Shown piece by piece: positions 60,304-64,000 of a stretch of 64,000 nucleotides of DNA; the first letter of the stretch is position 1; each line of letters opens with the position of its first letter. The position numbers were made by a program, and so were the translations under genes. Source of the DNA: an uncultured delta proteobacterium (GTDB lineage: Bacteria > Myxococcota_A > Polyangia > Fen-1088); the NCBI GenBank assembly GCA_963796685.1, contig CAWCMR010000009.1:96001-160000 (forward strand), read 5' to 3'. The notes under the pieces are model-generated. The model had not been told where the DNA came from and searched no databases. It saw only the letters and a program-made list of their open reading frames with translations.

Positions 60304-62073
60304 ATGCTCCTGCCGGTGCCGGAGCCGCGGCCAGTTGCACTGCTCTGGCTACTCGCGGGGCTCGTGACCTGGTGGTCATTCGGCTTCACGACCATGATGG
60401 GATCGGACCTCTGGTGGCACATGGCTGCGGGGCGATGGATCTGGAATGCGGGTACCCTCAACTTCAAGGATCCGTGGTCGTTCACCGCGCATGGGCATTT
60501 CTGGCTCAACCCCGAATGGCTCTCCGATCTGATCTTCCATGCGTGGTCGAGCTGGTTCGGAATGGCAACGCTCGTCTGGTGGAAATGGTCGGTTCTCGTG
60601 GGCGCTTTCGTCGTCGTGTTTCTGGTCCTGCGACGTCTTTCGGGTAGCTCCCTTGCGTCGTATCTCGCCACCTTGTTCGCGGTGGCGATCGGAGCGCCCT
60701 TCTTCGACGTGCGGCCGCAGCTGTATTCTATTCTCGGCTTCGCAGTGGTGCTGCGCTTGACGCTGCTGCCCACCCGTTCCCGCTGGCTGCTCCCCATCGT
60801 TTTCTTCTTTTGGGCCAACCTGCACAGCGGTTTCATCTTCGGGCTCGTGACTCTGACCGTGGTGCTCGTGCTGGCGCGGCTTTTCGGCGAGGCGCCGCGC
60901 AACGCGCTGCCGCTCTGGCTCGCCTGTCTCGCAGTGTGCTTGCTCAACCCCAGTGGCCCCGACGTCTATATCTTTCCTTTTCGCTTCGCGGCTGATACGG
61001 CCTCGGCCTTCGCGCGCATCGGCGAATGGAGAGCGCCGTGGGAGCCGGGCGGCATCCGTAGCGCCTTGTATTTCCCGGCGATTGGCGCGTTCGCCCTGTC
61101 CATCGTCGCGACCTTCTACGCGAAGCTTCACCGCAAGCACGCGCGGCTGCTTTTTACCGGCATCGCGCTCGGGCTTCTGACCCTGGTCATGTCCCTCAAG
61201 AGCCGCCGGTTCATTCCCCTCTTCGGGATCGCGCAAGCACTGGTGTTGGCACCAGTGCTTGGCGAGCTGGTGGCGCGGCTCGGTCAGCTACTTCTGCAGC
61301 GATATCCGCATATCGGGAAGCCCTATCCGTGGCGCTTGCTTCCGCCCGTGCTTGCCCTTGCCCTCGGTGGGTATTGGCTTTTGCCCTATCCACTTTCCAG
61401 CAAGGCCTTCCTCTATCTCACCAGCCAGGATAGCTTCCCGGTCGAGGCCATGAATGTCGTGGACGCCAACCACCTTACGGGGAAGGTGTTCGCATACTAC
61501 CAATGGGGCGGGTACGTCGATCTGCGCACCGGCGGTCGCCTGCAGGTCTACATCGACGGTCGCGCGGGCACGGTGTTCGACGAGCAGACGTACCGCAACT
61601 ACACGCGCGTGCTCGGCCTCGCGAAAGGCTGGGAGGATATCGTCGACGCGTCCGGGGCCGACTATTTTCTGTGGCCCGAACGCCACCGCAAGCAGATCGA
61701 AACGCTGCGCGCGTCCGGCGATTGGCGAATACTTTACGTCGACCACGTTGCGGCCCTGCTCGTGCGCAGCGATCGCAGGCCAGAAGGGCCGTTGCAACCG
61801 TCGCCCGACTCGGCCTGGCGCGAGCTCGCACTGGGCTGGCACGCGTTGCGGGCCAAGAAGTTACAAGAAGCTGAAGCACACTTGCGGCGTGCCCTGGAGA
61901 TGATGCACAACCTGCGGGCAGCGTGCGAGTGGCTGGCCAATGTGCAAGCGAGGAGCGACCGCATGGGCGAGGCCGAGGCGACCTTGGACCGCTGCCAGAA
62001 AGCATTTCCCGACCCCGCGCGACGCAAGGAGTTGCTGGACTGGTTCCGCAACCGCGCCGAAATCCCGCCCTAA
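60304..62073 (+). CDS. Multi-pass membrane protein (GT-C-like) with C-terminal TPR
   Basis: DLWWH..AGRWI, RPQL.S, WANLHSGF, YQWGGY, YIDGR. Confidence 0.8.
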   Translation: MLLPVPEPRPVALLWLLAGLVTWWSFGFTTMMGSDLWWHMAAGRWIWNAGTLNFKDPWSFTAHGHFWLNPEWLSDLIFHAWSSWFGMATLVWWKWSVLVGAFVVVFLVLRRLSGSSLASYLATLFAVAIGAPFFDVRPQLYSILGFAVVLRLTLLPTRSRWLLPIVFFFWANLHSGFIFGLVTLTVVLVLARLFGEAPRNALPLWLACLAVCLLNPSGPDVYIFPFRFAADTASAFARIGEWRAPWEPGGIRSALYFPAIGAFALSIVATFYAKLHRKHARLLFTGIALGLLTLVMSLKSRRFIPLFGIAQALVLAPVLGELVARLGQLLLQRYPHIGKPYPWRLLPPVLALALGGYWLLPYPLSSKAFLYLTSQDSFPVEAMNVVDANHLTGKVFAYYQWGGYVDLRTGGRLQVYIDGRAGTVFDEQTYRNYTRVLGLAKGWEDIVDASGADYFLWPERHRKQIETLRASGDWRILYVDHVAALLVRSDRRPEGPLQPSPDSAWRELALGWHALRAKKLQEAEAHLRRALEMMHNLRAACEWLANVQARSDRMGEAEATLDRCQKAFPDPARRKELLDWFRNRAEIPP

Positions 62074-62861
62074 AGCTTACGCTTGCGGAACACGAACAGC
62101 TTCTGCGTCCCGTAGTCGCCCCACGCGGGCAATTGCGAGCACCAGCGGTTCCATTCCATCGTGGGATCGGCGGCATCCGCCTCGGCCCCCGAGGCCTTGA
62201 TCAGAAGCGGCTTGAGAATCCTCGTTCCCACGAAATACGTGCTGGAGAAATTGACGACCTTGACCAGCGTGAGCCGGTCGGAAACGCCCTTGGCGATGCG
62301 ATCCTCATCCAGGTACAAATTGAAAGCGGGCATGGGAATCTCGGGTAGCCCCCATTCGGTCCGCAACCGATTCAGGTTGCGCCAGCCCTGCAAAGTCGCG
62401 TCGGAGAGAAGCAAGAGACCGCCAACCTTGAGCACGCGCGCACACTCGCGCAAGCCGATCAATTGCTGCTCCCACGAAACAAGATTGATCACGACGCGGA
62501 TCGCGATGAGCTTGTCGAATCGATTGGCCTCTTCGTCGAGGGCCGTGATGTTGCCGACCGAAAAGGACACCCGTCCTTTGACGAAGGGCTTGCGCTCTTT
62601 CAGGTTGCGCTCGGCTTGCCGAATCATGGCTGGGACACGATCCACGCCCTCGAGGCGCACCCGCTTTTGCTCGGCGATCTGCAGGGTCGTATGCCCGTTT
62701 CCGCAGCCCACGTCGAGCACCCTGTCGCCATGGGCGATATACGGCAGGATCGCTCTCTGCTCCAGCTCCATCGCGCGAACATCCGACCATGAAGCGGCGG
62801 GGGCGATGCCGTGAATCTTCGCCTGCCGCGTCCAGTACCGCTCGATCTGCTTTCCATTCAT
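62070..62861 (-). CDS. Class I SAM-dependent methyltransferase
   Basis: VLDVGCGNG, RVLKVGG. Confidence 0.9.
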   Translation of the reverse strand: MNGKQIERYWTRQAKIHGIAPAASWSDVRAMELEQRAILPYIAHGDRVLDVGCGNGHTTLQIAEQKRVRLEGVDRVPAMIRQAERNLKERKPFVKGRVSFSVGNITALDEEANRFDKLIAIRVVINLVSWEQQLIGLRECARVLKVGGLLLLSDATLQGWRNLNRLRTEWGLPEIPMPAFNLYLDEDRIAKGVSDRLTLVKVVNFSSTYFVGTRILKPLLIKASGAEADAADPTMEWNRWCSQLPAWGDYGTQKLFVFRKRKL

Positions 62862-62886
62862 GGGCAGGGCTCCCAGCGCGCTTCGT

Positions 62887-63831
62887 TCACGGCAACTTCC
62901 GCCGCACGAGATAGGACGGCCGGCTCATGATGCGAAAGTGGGACCGGGCCAGGTACTCGCCAATCATTCCAAGCGCCAGAAGCTGGGCGCCCGACAGGAT
63001 CGAGACGAGAGAAACCAGGTAGAGAAATCCGGGCGGCGCATGGCCGGGGACGAAGTGACGAAAGAGCGCGTACCCCATGGCGCCGGCACCGAAGAGCAGA
63101 GTCAAAATGGCGATCCAACTCGCGAACTGCAGCGGCAGGGTCGAAAAGCCCGTGAGCAGGTTGAGCATGTGCGTGACGAGCTTGCCGAAGGTGTAGTTCG
63201 AGCGACCGCGCAGGCGCGGCTGGTGCACGACCTTGGTCCAGCCGAACCGGTTCGAAGACCAGGTCAAGAGCACGTCGAGCGACACGAACGGGCTCGAGTA
63301 GCTGCGAAAGCCCTCCCGAAGTCCGGTGCGAAAGGCGCGGAAGGCGCCGATGTGCCGGGCCGTCTCCGCCCCCATCGCCTTCTGCAAGATCAACTTGGTG
63401 GTGAACGAGGCGATATTCCGGCCCAGCGAGTGCGGCAGATGCTCCGGCGTTCCGTACACGACGTCGCAATCCTCGGTAAGCGCTCCAAGCAATTTCGGGA
63501 TCTCCTCCGGTGGGTGCTGCAGATCGTCATCCATGGTGACGATACGGTCGAAGCGGGCAGCGCGCACGCCGACCAGCAAGGCGTTGTGCTGACCAAAATT
63601 TCGCGTGAGATCGATGCCGAGCACGCAGCTGTGGCGCTGGGTGAGATCGCTGATACAGCGCCAGCTTCCATCGGCGCTGCCGTCGTTGACCAGCACGACC
63701 TCGAAGTCCGAGGTCAGCGTGGCCAGGACCGCGAGCAGGCGCTCGACGAGCTCGGTAAGGTTGGGCGCGGCGTTGTACACCGGAATCACCACCGAAAGGC
63801 CGGACGGAAGTGGCATCTCATCGTCGTTCAT
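62887..63831 (-). CDS. GT2 polyprenol-phosphate glycosyltransferase (ArnC/GtrB-like)
   Basis: SVVIPVYN, VNDGSAD, RNFGQHNA, MDDDLQHPPEEI, two C-terminal TMs. Confidence 0.92.
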   Translation of the reverse strand: MNDDEMPLPSGLSVVIPVYNAAPNLTELVERLLAVLATLTSDFEVVLVNDGSADGSWRCISDLTQRHSCVLGIDLTRNFGQHNALLVGVRAARFDRIVTMDDDLQHPPEEIPKLLGALTEDCDVVYGTPEHLPHSLGRNIASFTTKLILQKAMGAETARHIGAFRAFRTGLREGFRSYSSPFVSLDVLLTWSSNRFGWTKVVHQPRLRGRSNYTFGKLVTHMLNLLTGFSTLPLQFASWIAILTLLFGAGAMGYALFRHFVPGHAPPGFLYLVSLVSILSGAQLLALGMIGEYLARSHFRIMSRPSYLVRRKLP

Positions 63832-64000
63832 CGTAGGAGGCCAGGATAGACGAGTTATGCCTACGAACCAAATTGAATAGCGTTCATCGCGCGAACTGCT
63901 GGGCGTGGTTCATTTGCGGTCGTCACCGACGGCAAATCCGCTCCTCGGATGGCAACCTGGCGAAGGACAACGGCACGACGTGCGTGCGTTGGCCTCGCGG

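Noticed and set aside
47160-63860. Isolated attC-core-like words at 47168, 56645 and 63853
   Set aside because: No matching inverse core or hairpin, and far from intI.
1-64000. CRISPR-associated transposon (array next to a transposase)
   Set aside because: No cas, tnsABC or tniQ genes here, and the other IS copies have no array. I saw no spacer matching the window, though I checked only by eye.

Overview
High-GC bacterial DNA; the Cys/Gly/Thr-rich lipoproteins and MXAN_2561/2562-like domains point to Myxococcota/Polyangia (inference). The window opens with the 3' part of a long CRISPR array (64 copies of a 37-bp type I-C-like repeat, no cas genes in the window). From ~4.7 to 47 kb it is an accessory mosaic dominated by an IS91/ISCR-like rolling-circle transposon: four 1.75-kb copies plus a 129-bp ori-only piece, all ending at ...GAATCGCCTAT and followed by GGCC. 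Three copies carry nested lengths of the same captured sufS'-sufU'-sufT segment at the other end. Between the copies are secreted or lipoprotein genes, many short gene fragments, a decayed integron integrase with att-like sites, an IS66 remnant and a broken HUH Rep. There is also an unusual restriction-modification locus: a C protein, a nuclease-HEAT protein, a large MTase, a DUF559-like nuclease and a PvuII-like endonuclease, with two separate PvuII-type C-box pairs. An intact IS4 element and a MITE follow. The right third is more ordinary: OmpR-like regulator, MacAB-TolC exporter, cheR/cheB, MarR, glycosyltransferase and methyltransferase genes. The two best candidates for new biology are the IS91-driven capture system and the split C-box defence locus. 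All product calls come from motif recognition by eye; no database searches were run.
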